Below are positions 19,731 through 33,900 of a DNA stretch of 64,000 bases, piece after piece (position 1 is the first letter of the stretch; each line of letters begins with the position of its first letter). This stretch comes from Trichoplax adhaerens (taxonomy: Eukaryota > Animalia > Placozoa): assembly GCF_000150275.1 (NCBI RefSeq), contig NW_002060949.1, positions 3,029,955-3,093,954 of the forward strand, written 5' to 3'. Under the pieces are notes generated by a model that was given only the letters and a program-made list of their open reading frames with translations, was not told the origin of the DNA and did no database searches. A program made the position numbers and the translations under genes.

Positions 19731-20189
19731 TCTTTACCCTATCTATTTGTTTTTTTTCTTGGTAAAAAGAGGAAAAAGAGTTTTAGGTGGTACTTTCTTC
19801 AAGTCAAATGTGAATTTTTTCCTAGTCTTGGTTATATTATTGAGCAGCAAGGACGCCGGTGAGTGCGTGATCGCTTTGACTTGCGTGTTTATACTACAGT
19901 ACAGTACTTACCACTGTACACTGTATAGTACAGTATCTTTGACCCTATCGAACTGTACTGTAGGGTAAAGAGACACTTGGGTACCATCACTCTTGTAGCA
20001 GTTAAAATAGAAGCTCCATGGGATGAAGCTGTGTCACCTATAGTTACAGTAGTTTAGGTATAATTGCCTAATGTAGCTTGCATTGTAAGCATCTTGTAGG
20101 GACATTACTTTTGCAAGCCATGAATTCAATCCATCCTACTCGCTAGCAAGATGTTACAGGTGACATTTTTCATTTCAACTCGCTAATGT

Positions 20190-21660
20190 CCATATGCAAT
20201 GGATTGCACTCTGCTACCACACCTGCAATCTGTAAAATTACAGATTTGAAATTGCTTCACTACAAGTAAAAAGTACAGCTTGAGCACACCCAAGTACTAT
20301 GTCATGATTATGAGCAATAGTTATATAGATGATGATATAGACTCAATTTTGTAGTTGACCCACTAACTGATACATATCAAGGCACAAAAGTACACATACC
20401 ATCAGTAAGCTTGGCTCGATCTACTGATATTTACATGCAAGAGTTTAGTAGATACATATAGACTAAATACAGTAGTTGACCCACTAACTGATATATATCA
20501 AGACACAAAAGTGCTGATACCGCCAGTAAGTTTAGTTCGATCTATTGATATTTACATGCAAGAGTTTAGTAGATGCATATAGACTCAATACAGTAGTTGA
20601 CCCACTAACTGATACGTATCAAGATACAAAATTACTGATACCACCAGTAAGCTTAGTTCGAGCTATTGATATTTACATGCAAGAGTTCAGTAGATGTATA
20701 TTCACAACAGTACTGATACCACTAGTAAGCTTAGCTCGATCTGTTGATATTTACATGCAAGAGTTCAGTAGATGCATATAGACTAAATAAAGTAGTTGAC
20801 CCGCTAACTGATACGTATCAAGATACAAAATTACTGATACCACCAGTAAGCTTAGTTCGAGCTATTGATATTTACATGCAAGAGTTCAGTAGATGTATAG
20901 TCACAACAGTACTGATACCACTAGTAAGCTTAGCTCGATCTGTTGATATTTACATGCAAGAATTCAGTAGATGTATAGTCACAAAAGTACTGATACCACT
21001 AGTAAGCTTAGCTCGATCTGTTGATATTTACATGCAAGAGTTCAGTAGATGCATATAGACTAAATACAGTAGTTGACCCGCTAACTGATACATATCAAGA
21101 CACAAAGTACTAATATTACCAGTAACCTTAGCTCGATCTACTGATACCACCTGTAAGCTTAGTTCGATCTATTGATATTTACATGCAAGAGTTCAGTAGA
21201 TGCATATAGACTAAATACAGTAGTTGACCCACTAACTGATACATATCAAGACACAAAAGTACTGATACCACCAGTAAGCTTAGCTCGATCTGTTGATATT
21301 TACATGCAAGAGTTCAGTAGATGCATACCAGTAAATGGGGCATTTCTTATTATATTGATTATTAAACTTCGTATGCAATGGATTGCAGTCTGCTACCACA
21401 CCTGCAAGCTGTAAAATTGTAGATTTAACTACTGCACAAGGAAAAAATACAGCTTGAGTACTCTAAATACTCTGTATCATGATTATGAGCGAGGGGTTAA
21501 CTCGCATATATGTCACTCTAGATAGATAATGATATACAGTACAGTAATTGACCTACTAACTGATACATACTAGGACACAAAGTACTGATACCACTAGTAA
21601 GCTTAGCTCGAATCTATTCATACTTACGTACAAGAGCACAGTGGAAGCATATCGGCAAGC
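20190..21660. repeat. Complex minisatellite: about 11 copies of a core in 121-bp and 78-bp units, inside a duplicated ~150-bp flanking block
   Basis: The core agtaagcttagctcgatct..tgatatttacatgcaagagttcagtagatg recurs at 20404, 20525, 20646, 20724, 20845, 20923, 21001, 21121, 21152, 21273 and 21596. The block atgcaatggattgca.tctgctaccacacctgcaa.ctgtaaaatt occurs at ~20193 and ~21373. Confidence 0.95.
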
Positions 21661-21815
21661 TCTAGCTTATATAAGTATAATAATAATATTAATAATTAAT
21701 AGCCTCCATTTACGATTCTCGTAACTACTGTCTGTGTACAGCTAGCTGAACAAATTGATGCCTACCAAGCGTAGTAGAAAATTAAATACTAGAGCAGCAT
21801 CTCAAAATTAATCAA

Positions 21816-24800
21816 ATGTGGACAAAGTGTCATCGCTTTAATGGTCTGTTGACAGTTCTCCCTCGCTGGGATAAGCCTCTGCTATACCGTTATTATGGCA
21901 GGCAAACGGTATCTTCTCTATTTATTCCTATGATGAGGACTTCCGATCAATCGGCTTCAGCCAGTGTTAGCCGCAAGGTATGGAGATCGAGATAAACTAT
22001 ACGTATCTGGATGAATAAAACTCCTACATCGTCTTCAAATGCGACGTACTGTATATAGTCATGACAAGCAGATACGATAATGAATTCACTGAATCATCTA
22101 TCACATTATATCACGGATTAGCTTATTCCAATAAATGAATAATTAATAGTACAGATTACTACTTTATGCAATCTACTTTTATCGATGCTCAATCTTTTAC
22201 TAGACTACTCAAGCAAGACCAGTATTCCATAATATTTCACACTTGTTCATGCAAGTGTAAACTAGCCTGATCGTTGTTTTTCCTATTTCCAAAGATTGCG
22301 ATAAATTAATCGATGATATTTGTAAAAAAATTGTATACGCACGTAACATGTTGTTATTTGTACGAGTAACATTCGTTCGGTTGATGCAAAGGCTCATTTG
22401 CTGTTACTTGTTCTTACTGCCCTTCTTTAGACTATTTTGGAAAATGCTGGTTTATTAAAACAATCTAGGCCTGGTTTATATTACATCCTTCCGGTAGCTC
22501 TTCGTGCAATGTATAAATTAATTAAAGTAGTTGACGAAGAAATGACACGCATTGGCGGTAGTAAACTTGGCACGCCTTGTTTAATTCCTGCAGATCTTTG
22601 GCAATCATCAGGTAATACTTACTAGTACATATGCGAGCGAATATCTACAACTAACCTGTAATGATAATGCAAAAAAACCCCCTAAAGGCTTGTATCAAGT
22701 ATATTACCATCGCCTGCTTCTCATTTATTCACTATAATCGGGTCTGATTTCGTAAAGGATTGATATATCGATTCACATGTAAACTAATTGCGATCAATAT
22801 TTTAGACCTAGCCCAAACGATCAATATTCCTTTGATTGATAAACTCTACTAGCTTTAGGATTTTTTATAAATTGGTACTACAGGTAGATGGGACACCTTA
22901 GGTGCTGAAATGTTTAAACTGAAGGACCGCCATAATCGTCATTATTGTCTAGGCCCTGTAAGCTTTATTTGAATACTTTTAAATCATAGTGATAACTTAC
23001 TAGGCACCATAATAATTAACATCTTGAAATTTTGTAGACCCATGAAGAATCTATTAGTGAATTAGTGGGTACGTATTTAAATTCCAAAAATATGATGCCC
23101 TTAAGATTATATCAGGTAAGTTTTCATAAACATGTTATAATCATTTGTCATGATGCTTGGAAACTATTGTCACAAAGCTAATACCTAATATCAATAGATT
23201 GATAGGAAATTTCGGGATGAAATTCGCCCACGTTTGGGTTTAAGAAGGGCCAGGGAGTTCTGGATGAAAGGTGTAAATAACTGTACAATCTATACCATTA
23301 ATATGTCTCAATATTCGACTTTTGGTAGATTTATGTATGATAGAAAAGTAATTTCAAACTGTTTCAATATTTTTGTAGATATGTATTCTTTCGATATCGA
23401 TAAAGAAGCATCGCTAAATAGCTACGAAATTATTTGCGAAGCATATGTTAGAATCTTCAATAGACTAGGATTAAATGTTGTTAAAGGTTAGAGTAAAGCT
23501 TTCATGGAAAGATTTTTATATATATATTTAATTATTCCTTCAATATATAGCTTCTATATAAATATAATATACGTATACAATAACAAAGTACCCTGTCATG
23601 TAAATCTATACAGTTGTAGCAGATAGTGGAGCAATGGGTGGTGATACTTCACATGAATTTCACTTAATTGCTGATGACGGCGAAGATGAAATACTTATAT
23701 GTGATCAGTAAGCTATATCAAAGTACTTTTTTATACACAAAATCTATATTTAGTATCTTTATGATGTAATATATGCTATCTCATCGAATATATATTATCT
23801 ATCACTTATCTAGATGTCATAAAGCGATGAATATGGAAACTCTGAAGTCAGGTAGAAATATTATTAGGCCATTCCAGTTGTTTAGTTGACTTTACTATTT
23901 AACGTTATTAAATTGAACTATTTTGTTATAGGCGATGTCATGGCAGAATGTAATTTATGCGAGGGAAAACAGAACAAGAATATTCAGAAATATCGTGGTG
24001 TAGAGGTGCTACTACATATTTAGCTCTAAAATCCTTTCCCTTTCTCTTATTGTTACTGCTCATTTTTATAAATTTACAACTGTTGGATTTCTTTATTAAT
24101 GCATCATCGGTTAATCTACCAGATTGGCCATGCCTTTTATTTGGGCACAAAGTACAGCAAAGCTGCATCTGTTACTTATACTGATGAAAATAACTGTAAA
24201 GTGTAAGTTTCAATACATAGCAAGTAAGATGATAGTAATTTATAAATCTATGCTAAAATCTGCCTTATTCTCTTCTTCGTTACAATTCATGCAGATACGT
24301 TGAAATGGGCAGTTATGGGATTGGGGTAACCAGATTATTAGATGCGGCCCTAGAGGTACAATCAACATGCAACAAAATCCGTTGGCCATCGGTCATTACA
24401 CCTTATAATATATGTATTGTACCCTTAGGAAGTCCTAAGGTAGGGCTACTGCAGTCGTAAACTAATCCACTACACAACTCAGGCTTAACATATAGGACTA
24501 CTACCGATTCATTATTTTTATACATCATACTGATATTATTTATTTTTTTACTGAAGGATAATTCATCCCAGCAGCTACTTCAGTTAGCGCAACAACTGTA
24601 TGATAAACTTGCGGTGGGTAAATTACAAAATGAAGTCGTTATCGACGATAGAATCTATTTATCGAAAACTGTTGGTCCAGGAACTCGTTTGAGACAAGCG
24701 ACTCTGTTGGGATATCCTTATTTAATAATACTTGGTAAACAGGTAAAAATCTTCTATCATTCTTTAACTTTATAACATGAATACCAACTTTGTATTAATC

Positions 24801-24967
24801 GTCATAAATAACTCTTTATTTTTTATCCTTTTTAAAAGGCATTACAAAAACAAGGCTATATCGAATTGGAAGATCAATTAAATGGAAGTAAACAAAATAT
24901 TCATATTGATAATATCGTAGATCATATTCAACAAGTCTACGAAAAAAGAGATATTTGTACACTATAA
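21816..24967 (+). CDS. PARS2: Mitochondrial prolyl-tRNA synthetase
   Basis: An Arg-rich N-terminal extension ([12 protein letters not shown]...) is followed by class II aaRS motifs: [79 protein letters not shown] and [11 protein letters not shown]. The anticodon domain contains IDDR...LLGYPY. No INS editing domain. Stop at 24965-24967. Confidence 0.94.
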
Positions 24968-25034
24968 GCATTTTAATATTGCTAACATTGGTATGAAATA
25001 TATAACACCGCCGTATTTAAATACTGTTAAATAA

Positions 25035-28000
25035 TTATAAAGTGATAGCAACAGCTTCTGTAGGGCTTAACAAGACAGACAATGGAACACCTATGAAATA
25101 AAAGGAAAGTTGCTCATATTTCATCTAATGATGTTAGCTTACACAAATTTTTATTGTCCAAGCAAAAGTTGACAATAGCTATATAAATACCTGTAAAAAC
25201 TGTGGAATTTGTAAGGATTCGAACTGAAGAGAACGGATTTAATGGTGAATGACAGCGCTTTAGTAAAGTTTTTAATAGTGTAGATGCAGGATCCCATCTA
25301 AATAAGCCAAAATAAATAATAATTGATCCCACTGCGACAAAATCGAAACAGTAAAAAATTCAAATTCATTCTAAAAACTACTTTTGTGATTGATGTAATG
25401 CAGGAAATTCAATTGGTGAAACTTTTGGATCGCCGGTTAGCCAAATTTTGTTAGTTTTGAGGGACCAAGACAGAACACAATCGAGACGACAGCATGATTG
25501 CCAATTTCTAATAATTATAACATAATTAAAAGATAATTAAAAAGCCTGAAGTTGATATGGTAACGATATATTCGGTTCTAACTTTCGATGGTGTCGTTTA
25601 GGTGGTTGTGTCCCTTTAAACAATGCTACAATTAGAATTGTTAATTTCATAGTAAAAGGGCAGACCTATAGTATATTGTGGAAATGAGGTTATTTTCAAG
25701 TAAAGGGAACTGGTGTAATTAACTCAAAAGCTTATTTGTTAAAATTGACTTGAGAATGACAGTTACGGCATATTAAATTAGTATTACATCAATAATTTGC
25801 AGATCATAATCTGCAAGAGAAAGCTCCTTTTCTTGTAAGTAAGGTAATAATTCTGCGATAGCTCCAATACAACATTCAATATCTAGTGCCAGTTGATGAG
25901 TTATTAAAGCATCTAATAAATAAAGAAAAATGAAAAGAACTGGCAGTGGCAATATAAATCAAATATGATCTAAATACAAATTTAAATAAAAATCATGAAT
26001 ATGTTTTAGTATTAATGCTACCTTTTTCCAGTAACTCTGAATCTTGTGGTTGCAAATACAGTCGTTGACGTTTAGTATTGTAGATGTTGAGATCGAAATA
26101 ATTCTCAACGTCAAAGGAGCTTGAAGCTAGCATTTGAAGGCAAGAGTTATAAATGCTCCAATGTAAATAAGCGAAGTGATCGATGTATTAAAGAAGTGAG
26201 CCATTTAATTGAAACTTTTACGATTAATACCTTAGATTTACGTACCTGATATTTCTAAATTGCTTTCATCAGGCATGGCATAATACACTTGCCGAATGCG
26301 CCGAACAGCATTAGGAATTTCTAATAACGTCAGTTTGTGGAATCGATTGTTAACTGTTTTACTATCGCTATTTTGAATACCATCACTTATACACTTGTTA
26401 CTATTGCCATATTCAGTGGCACCATCTTCTATATTTGATTTGTCTCCCTTGTTATGCTGGTTATTATGGTCATTCATAGTTAAATTCATTTTGACATCGT
26501 AATTACTATTTGGCTGATCCAGGTTATCATATATCCTGTTCGATCCAACAGGTGAAGAACTCCTGCCGAAGTTTTTATAATTATGAGATGAGGCGGTCAA
26601 TAGCTTAGCTTTTGGATATACTTCAAAAATAAGGCAGCGAACGCCATCTCCGCTGTTAAATATAACACAATTGTCTATAACCATGTTTAGGGATGGTAAA
26701 AAAGGAGGATAGGGCGATAAGAGATTATAAGAGAAATGTATTTCATAATTGTGGTGTAGACATAATAAGTTTAGATTCTGATGTCTATAAGTATCATCGT
26801 CCGAGCTGTCTAAATTACTTATAGTTCTGACACTGCTATCAAAATTTCGATTACACAACCGACATGGATGTAAAGGGGGAGTAGCAACTATTGTTATATA
26901 AGATCGGCAACAATCATCGGAAGAACTTGATGATGATAACATTCTATAAATATTTAATAACACTATTATTAGTATTGTACGTTATGACGAGATTGCATTG
27001 AGTAAGTATACAGGTATCATGATAGATATATTCATACTACTTACTCTTGGCCAACGATAACAGTGTACTTGTCATTTATTGATTCACAAAGTATTATCTT
27101 CAATTGTTGTTGAATTTCTTCATCTCTGAATAATCGGATACTTTTATACTACAATACAAATATATAGATCCTAATTATACGCAGTATGTAAGTACATTAC
27201 ATACTGTATAAGCTACATTTTATACATATATGTTATCGCTGTGTTAACAATTTATCTATGCATTGGATCAACTTTCGTCAAATGAAAATAGAAGTTGGAA
27301 TAATAAATAGTATAGCACTTACAAACGAAATACAATTATTACCTACTTATATAATTGCTAGTATCCATCATTTGTAATAATTAATTTAGAATAAAGAATA
27401 ATTATCAGAATCATGTATTCATTGACAAACAAGGTGAAGATCCTGTATTAAGATCATTAACCTATCCTTTTTTGATTGTAAACAAACCTTGGTTAAAGGT
27501 TGGTTCAAATTAAAATTCCACCAATATAGGGTATATTTATATACTGGAGCAAATCCAGTTGATTGATTAGTACTAATATTGCAGCTATAGGAAAGTAAAC
27601 GCTGACCATCTTTGGTAAAGCCTAGGAATACGGAACTGCAAATGAACAAAAGTAATAAGATAAGTGCTGACGAATCTAGCCACGATGCTATACGAGATCA
27701 GTTGAATGACAACATTGTAGAATACTCTATTCAATTATAACGACAGGCATGTAACAAATCATTAACTAGCAATATCTTTATCCTATACTGACATGGGTTA
27801 TAGGGTATAGGTGTCTTATGTCAGTTATTCTTTGTAGCCATAGTACGTATGTATGACACCTCTTACGTATAAATAGGATAGATCTTATCATATCCCACTA
27901 CGCTTATGCAGTATGATTTATTTTGTTGGATATCGTTGTTGTTAGATGGATGAACAGGTGGCCGTATAGGATGGTTTTAACGATATAGGTAACACTCATG

Positions 28001-28466
28001 ATACAGTTAACAATATCGACCTTCTAGCTGCGTGGATATCATCGCCAAAAAGGGATCTTAATGGAAGACACAAACGGTTGGGATACTTGATCCAAAAGCT
28101 GGTTGTTCTGCTATAACGGCAATTCAATCCAAGGTACGATTGTTGAATCTATCCAACCGGATAAGTAAGCGTAATTTAAGATACAGTATCAACATTTATG
28201 GCAAGAGCAATTATAACAGTATAAAGGTACAATACATAACACTTCACTTTGTAAGGCTGTAAGATGAATATTCAAAGGGTACAAATAACAAGAAGGGCAA
28301 GTAGAGTAGTTCAGTTCAAAAAAAAATAAAGCCGGAGTACCAGTAAAGATGGGCAAAAGTAGATTATTCTAGCCTGTTATGCTACTATCTACGTCAATCA
28401 TACCTCTCGTGCACGTAACTTGATAGCAATATTATTACAATCACGGCGTTTTATCTTGGCTGCCAT
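25035..28466 (-). CDS. DCAF15: DDB1- and CUL4-associated factor 15
   Basis: Spliced product includes KYPNRLCLPLRSL, VFLGFTKDGQRLLSYS, YKYTLYWWNFNLNQPL, IRLFRDEEI, RSYITIVATPP, CLHHNYEIHFSYNLLSPYPPF and ILTNSTVFTGVPLSVL. These are collinear with DCAF15 as I recall it. ATG at 28466, stop at 25037-25035. Confidence 0.88.
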
Positions 28467-29136
28467 ACTTGTTTTTTTTCATCAACTAACTTGGCTTCGG
28501 CTTTGCGTGTTAGCAATCTCTTATTTCAATTAATAGCCATCAACTTATATATCAAGTTACTCACCACAGTGTCCTTTCCATCCTTCACCGGCTTCTCCTA
28601 ACATGGGACACTTTACTGCATTAACGTCACTGTGACCATTCGTATTTAGTCACTAAGCAATAAACTAACGGTTTCTTTTGCTAGATAGATACGATACTGG
28701 AAAGTGCAGTAGAATAAATACAACTCTTAGCTTGGATATCTGATCAAATAGGCTATTAAACTGCTAAAGTTATGATTGGATGGACTTAGTTTGAGTTCTT
28801 TCAATCTAGCTCAATCATAGCAGTACACTACTGTATTTGTCCAAGTATGCTTTGATCCATTCCTCGAAGCGGAGACTACTACGTTTTTTGTAGCATGCCA
28901 TAGTCTATAGTAACATATATCCTGGTCTATCATGAATCGGTACAGTAGAGTATTGAACAGTGGGTCATTTATTCGCTGTACTACCTACTTACCCGGCAGT
29001 GGTATACGTCATAATATTAATGTCCGCGTCTGTCCGTCTCTAACGCCTGTCCGCGTTTCTGACGTCTGTCCTCAAGTCAATTCATTTCATTGATGCCTTG
29101 AAATTGATTAATCAATTATATACTGTATATTAAATA

Positions 29137-29139
29137 ATT

Positions 29140-29175
<36 letters not shown>
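29137..29175. repeat. Imperfect (TA)n microsatellite
   Basis: Run of ta dinucleotides visible in the sequence. Confidence 0.85.
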
Positions 29176-30954
29176 GTTATATATTATACGCGTATATAAA
29201 TAAATAAATAATAATATTAAAGATGTATCCTGGTCAAAACCTTCAAATCCTGACCTAACAAGATACCTATCGATGAACTATAAAATTTTCTATTTTAGCA
29301 GCTTTTTGTCGATGGGATGTTTCTCGTTATAATATTCATTGCAGCAAACTACTGAGCTGCGAACGCTGACGTACCACCAGAAGGAGAATCTGACGTTCTC
29401 TTTCTGAACTCATCCCCGATCGTATAAACGCATCTTTATAATTCACCTTCCTTCTAGGTTTACAGTAATTTACTGTCACGATTCACTGATTTAGGGTTAG
29501 GATTACGCATTAACAGGATATCATTTTTCATGCAAACTAAAAGCAAAGGTTCATAGAGGTCTATTGGTGCGATTACCGTTCATTCTAAAGTATAAAAATA
29601 AATTTATACAATTTAGGTAAGCGAAGAAATGAAATTATTATAGCTATTTTCGCTGCATTATGTAATTCATTCCAGAATATGCGCACTTTCATGACTACCT
29701 TGCATGACCCATTTACGGAAGAAACTAAGTCGTAAATAACTGGTATAGATGATAATATGCAATTATAATTATAAATCACCCATATTTCTGCTAGAAAATA
29801 TATCATTAAATTAACTTTGCCTTTAAAAATCTTGTTGCACTATTATTTATTCATGTTATTAACGTCTTAAGATGCGGTGTTGTAGTAGCCCTAGTGTGTA
29901 AAGAATAAGTAAGAATTGATTGAAAAGGATCAAATCATGAATAGTTGCTAAATTTTCTACTTTATAACGGGTTGACATTTATAAATTAGGAATTACTAGG
30001 CGTGTGTATGTCACAGATTTATCTCACGCGTATGTTTTAAAGAACGTTAGTAATCTGTATTCTAGAAAAGCGTTACAAGACAGCTTTAACCTTATGTTGT
30101 CGCATCATATGTCTTTAATTGCATCTTCAAGAGTCCTATTATAAAATTATCGTCTAGTTCTCTATTTTGCTATCTTATGTGATAAATGTAATGTAACAAA
30201 ATCTATTATGCTTATGGCTTATAAGTTAGATTGTGAGATTGTGCGTATATGTGGTAAATCTATATCAGCAGTAGCACTTATTATTTCGAGTTAAAAGTTA
30301 GCCCTTGGTAGCAGAATACGAGCGTACATACATGCAAACGATGTAATAAAGTAAACAAGAAAAGCAAAGTTCTTGGTATAATTGTTAAGATAACTTATCA
30401 CGAACTCTACGAAGTGATTGCATTCGTATACTTAAAGCATAGATAGTAAATATTAAATAAAAGGAATCAAGAAATTTGATGGCTTACGGCTAATTTATTC
30501 AGCTAAAATTCTCGACATGGCTCAGAAACGCTATTACAGTAAATTGTCATCTAATTCTCCTTTATTACACAGACAAGTCTAATTACACTGAATTGTACCG
30601 TATTCATATTTGTGAATGATCATAAAAGGATCAAGAAACTACCACCTAGGAATAATTCTAATTGCCTACTGAAATCAGTTACTGCCCAAATTTATTTCAT
30701 ATATCTGCAAAGCATTACTAGTGACATTATTTATGGCAGCCAGGCGAATATGGCACGTACTTACAACGCCCATGACATAAGCCATCTCCTTCCTTCCTTA
30801 CTGTCCATAGTAGGGGCTACTTTAGTGTTGAGTTATCAACGGCAAAACATACATAGTAGCCTAATTCTTTATGAGAATCAAGAAGAACCTTTTCTTCTTT
30901 CCCTTACTTGTATCTTATTGGTAACAAATCGTTCTAAATTTGCCTTCTCACATC

Positions 30955-33900
30955 ATGGGCACTAATGTTAAATCTACTTATCATGAATTAATGAACGAAG
31001 CTGCTAGTCATGGTTACGATATTGCTAGTCTTGAATTTGCCCAATATCTGGACAGTCAAGATGAATTCAAGGAATATCGAGAGTTATTTTATGTTCCACG
31101 AAAGAAAACTTTGCCTCAAAGTAAGTCTGAGCAAGCCTGGAAATCAATGAAATTTGCTGTAATCACACTGCTGTATGGTACCTATTTTGCTGCTGATTTT
31201 ATGCTCATGAATCTGTAACGAATGCTGCATTATCGACTAGCTGTCTATACCCTTTCACAATAAATGGGAAGCTACTTCTTTTTGAATTATGGTCACTAAA
31301 CCTATGTACAGTAGATGATATAATAGAATACGTAATTACATCAGCAGGCTACGTAGGGTAAAATTTAACTGCTGAATACAATTAGCCTTTTCGTAGCACG
31401 ATGAACAATAACAATAAAAAAATTAGCAAGACTAAAGTCAAATTTACTATCCACAATGTGCAAAAATTTTATTTTTATCATTACGGTACGATCACTTGAG
31501 CAAGAGTACATATCACAGCCTTACTTATTACTCCAAAGCCTCTTTGTATACAACATTTTTAGCTTCGGTATGTAGACAGAGTGTTCACACGCAGCAAAAC
31601 TTGTCGCTGATTTTCCATAAGTAATGATGTGGTGGAGGTGTCAGTATTAACTACACTTACTTACTAAATGCATAGTAGTATTATTCTACAGTGGTATGAC
31701 TGTCCAATGTCAAGAGATTGATGCAATTACTGTATTATTTTAGAGCAGGGCAACCCACGAAGTGTGGCTGATCGTTGAATATTTGATAAATACAGCGCTA
31801 CTTGTAATGATAATACAGCTACAGTGGTAGTTAGCAGTAATGGAAACGAAATAACCAGGCAACGTACAATTAAAGCAGCACTTTTTTAGTTTGATACAGC
31901 AGATTAAAGGTGATCACTCATATATTTGAATTGATATACAATAGTTGAATTTCATCATTAGCTCATGCGGATATAGTCATCAATATGCAAAAGGCTGCAT
32001 TATTGTGCTCCTGCATAAAGTACTTGTATATGAGTAGGTCATGTCTATGCTATAATAAAGACTTGACATTGCAACGTAATAAATATTCTTTCTTCTTGAA
32101 TTGTAGCTGATTTATCCCTAGTCGATGGTGAGAGTGAGAGTGTCTATCTTCTTGGTAATTCTCTCGGCTTGCAGCCTAAGCAATCTCGACAAGATTTAAT
32201 GGAATACATGGACAAATGGGCTGAAATGTTAGTTTTTATTTATAAATACAATTTGCCATGATTCATGGTTATAAAGACTTATCCTCACTAATTTACGTAT
32301 TCTTAATATATACGCATATTCCTACTATTGCATAATATCAAAAGTACTGTACAAATAAAAACATTTATTTATTATCGAAAATGATGGCATTTTATGATGG
32401 ATATGTTACGGGTAGTATTGATAATCATTATTCAAAAATATTTCACTTCTAATGAAATGATATGGATGTAATAGGGGCTTCAAGGGATATTTCCATGGAA
32501 AGCATCGGTGGATAGACCTACAGGATACAGTAGCAAAGGATATGCTATGTCCTATTGTTGGTTGGTTTAAAGATACTCCTAATATTAAATGTCCTCTTTT
32601 TTATGGCCAAGTCACTGAATGCCATATTGTAATACTGTATAACCAAGATATCTTGAATATCTGTCATCTTTTAACTATTGCATAGTAGTTGACTCTTTAT
32701 GCAAGACTGTATATTTGCTCTAATACGTTACTGCCGCCATTTAACCTAATTTTCAGTCCCTAAGAATCATTACGGTCACGATCCTTTAGTAGTATAATGT
32801 CATACAATTGATCATTTGTAAAGGAAAATTGGTTAATTTTTAATGCCGTTGTATAAACAGTTATGCTCAATAGTAATTATAATTAGTTAGTGGTTTTAGT
32901 ACTGGTAGATCATTAATTAAGATCTTCAAGGTTAATCGTAAATTCTAATCGTTAGATCCTATGATGGGTAAACGTGTATGAATGCAGTATATTGTCTATT
33001 TGTTCGCAATGGTTATGCGTTACCAGTCTACCAGCTTGAATGTAGACACTAAAAAATTTGGTTATTGATTTGATATAGGAGCAAAGCCAATTGAAATCTG
33101 TATAATGAATTCAGTTTCCGTTAACATTCACCTATTAATGGTATGCTAACTAATATCCATCTAAATAGGATCAGTACTGTTAATAACTCCTTTGAAATAA
33201 TGGTAATAATGACTATGTAACCATCTTTGTTAAATTCAACCACTTAGATATCATTTTATCAACCTACTACCGAAAGATACAAGATTCTTATTGACCACGG
33301 AGCATTTCCTTCTGACCATGTACTACATTTACAAGCGTATATAACACTAGATCACAATAAATTATAGATATTAAATAATGCTCGAAAAATTACTTGTCTC
33401 TCTGCATTATAGTTAATGATCAATTACCTTATTAAAGTATTTTTAATCGAAATAATCATATTGAATAACAAATAATTTTAGAAAAAGCTTACTAATCTAT
33501 TATTATATGATTATTATTTTAAACCGTTCTTAGTATGCAGTCCAATCACAAATACGAATGCATGATTACGATTCAGATGAGGCAATGATACTAGTTAAAG
33601 CGCGAGATGGAGAAAATACTCTAAGAACAGAAGATATTATAGCAAAAATCAACGAATTTGGCGATGCTATTGCTATGATTTTATTACCTGGTAGGTATTT
33701 CTCTTTATTAAAATTTATTAAAAAATATGTTATTGCGACTTTAATACGATAATACTGCTTAATATTTATAACTTCTCTTTAAAGTATGCGAATGCCTTTT
33801 AATATAGATAAATTGCTTAATCTATATACTGTAGGCGTACAATCTTTCACTGGCCAGTTGTTTAACATCAAAGAAATTACTAAGGCAGCGCATGACAAGG

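Noticed and set aside
20400-21330. Repeat array as CRISPR, or as repetitive protein ORFs (20545, 20744, 21172)
   Set aside because: Intervening sequences are homologous rather than unique spacers, there are no cas genes and the context is eukaryotic. The 121-bp period breaks frame, so the ORFs are repeat artefacts.
29220-29460. Slightly GC-richer intergenic stretch resembling a gene relic
   Set aside because: Short frames with stops and no recognisable homology.
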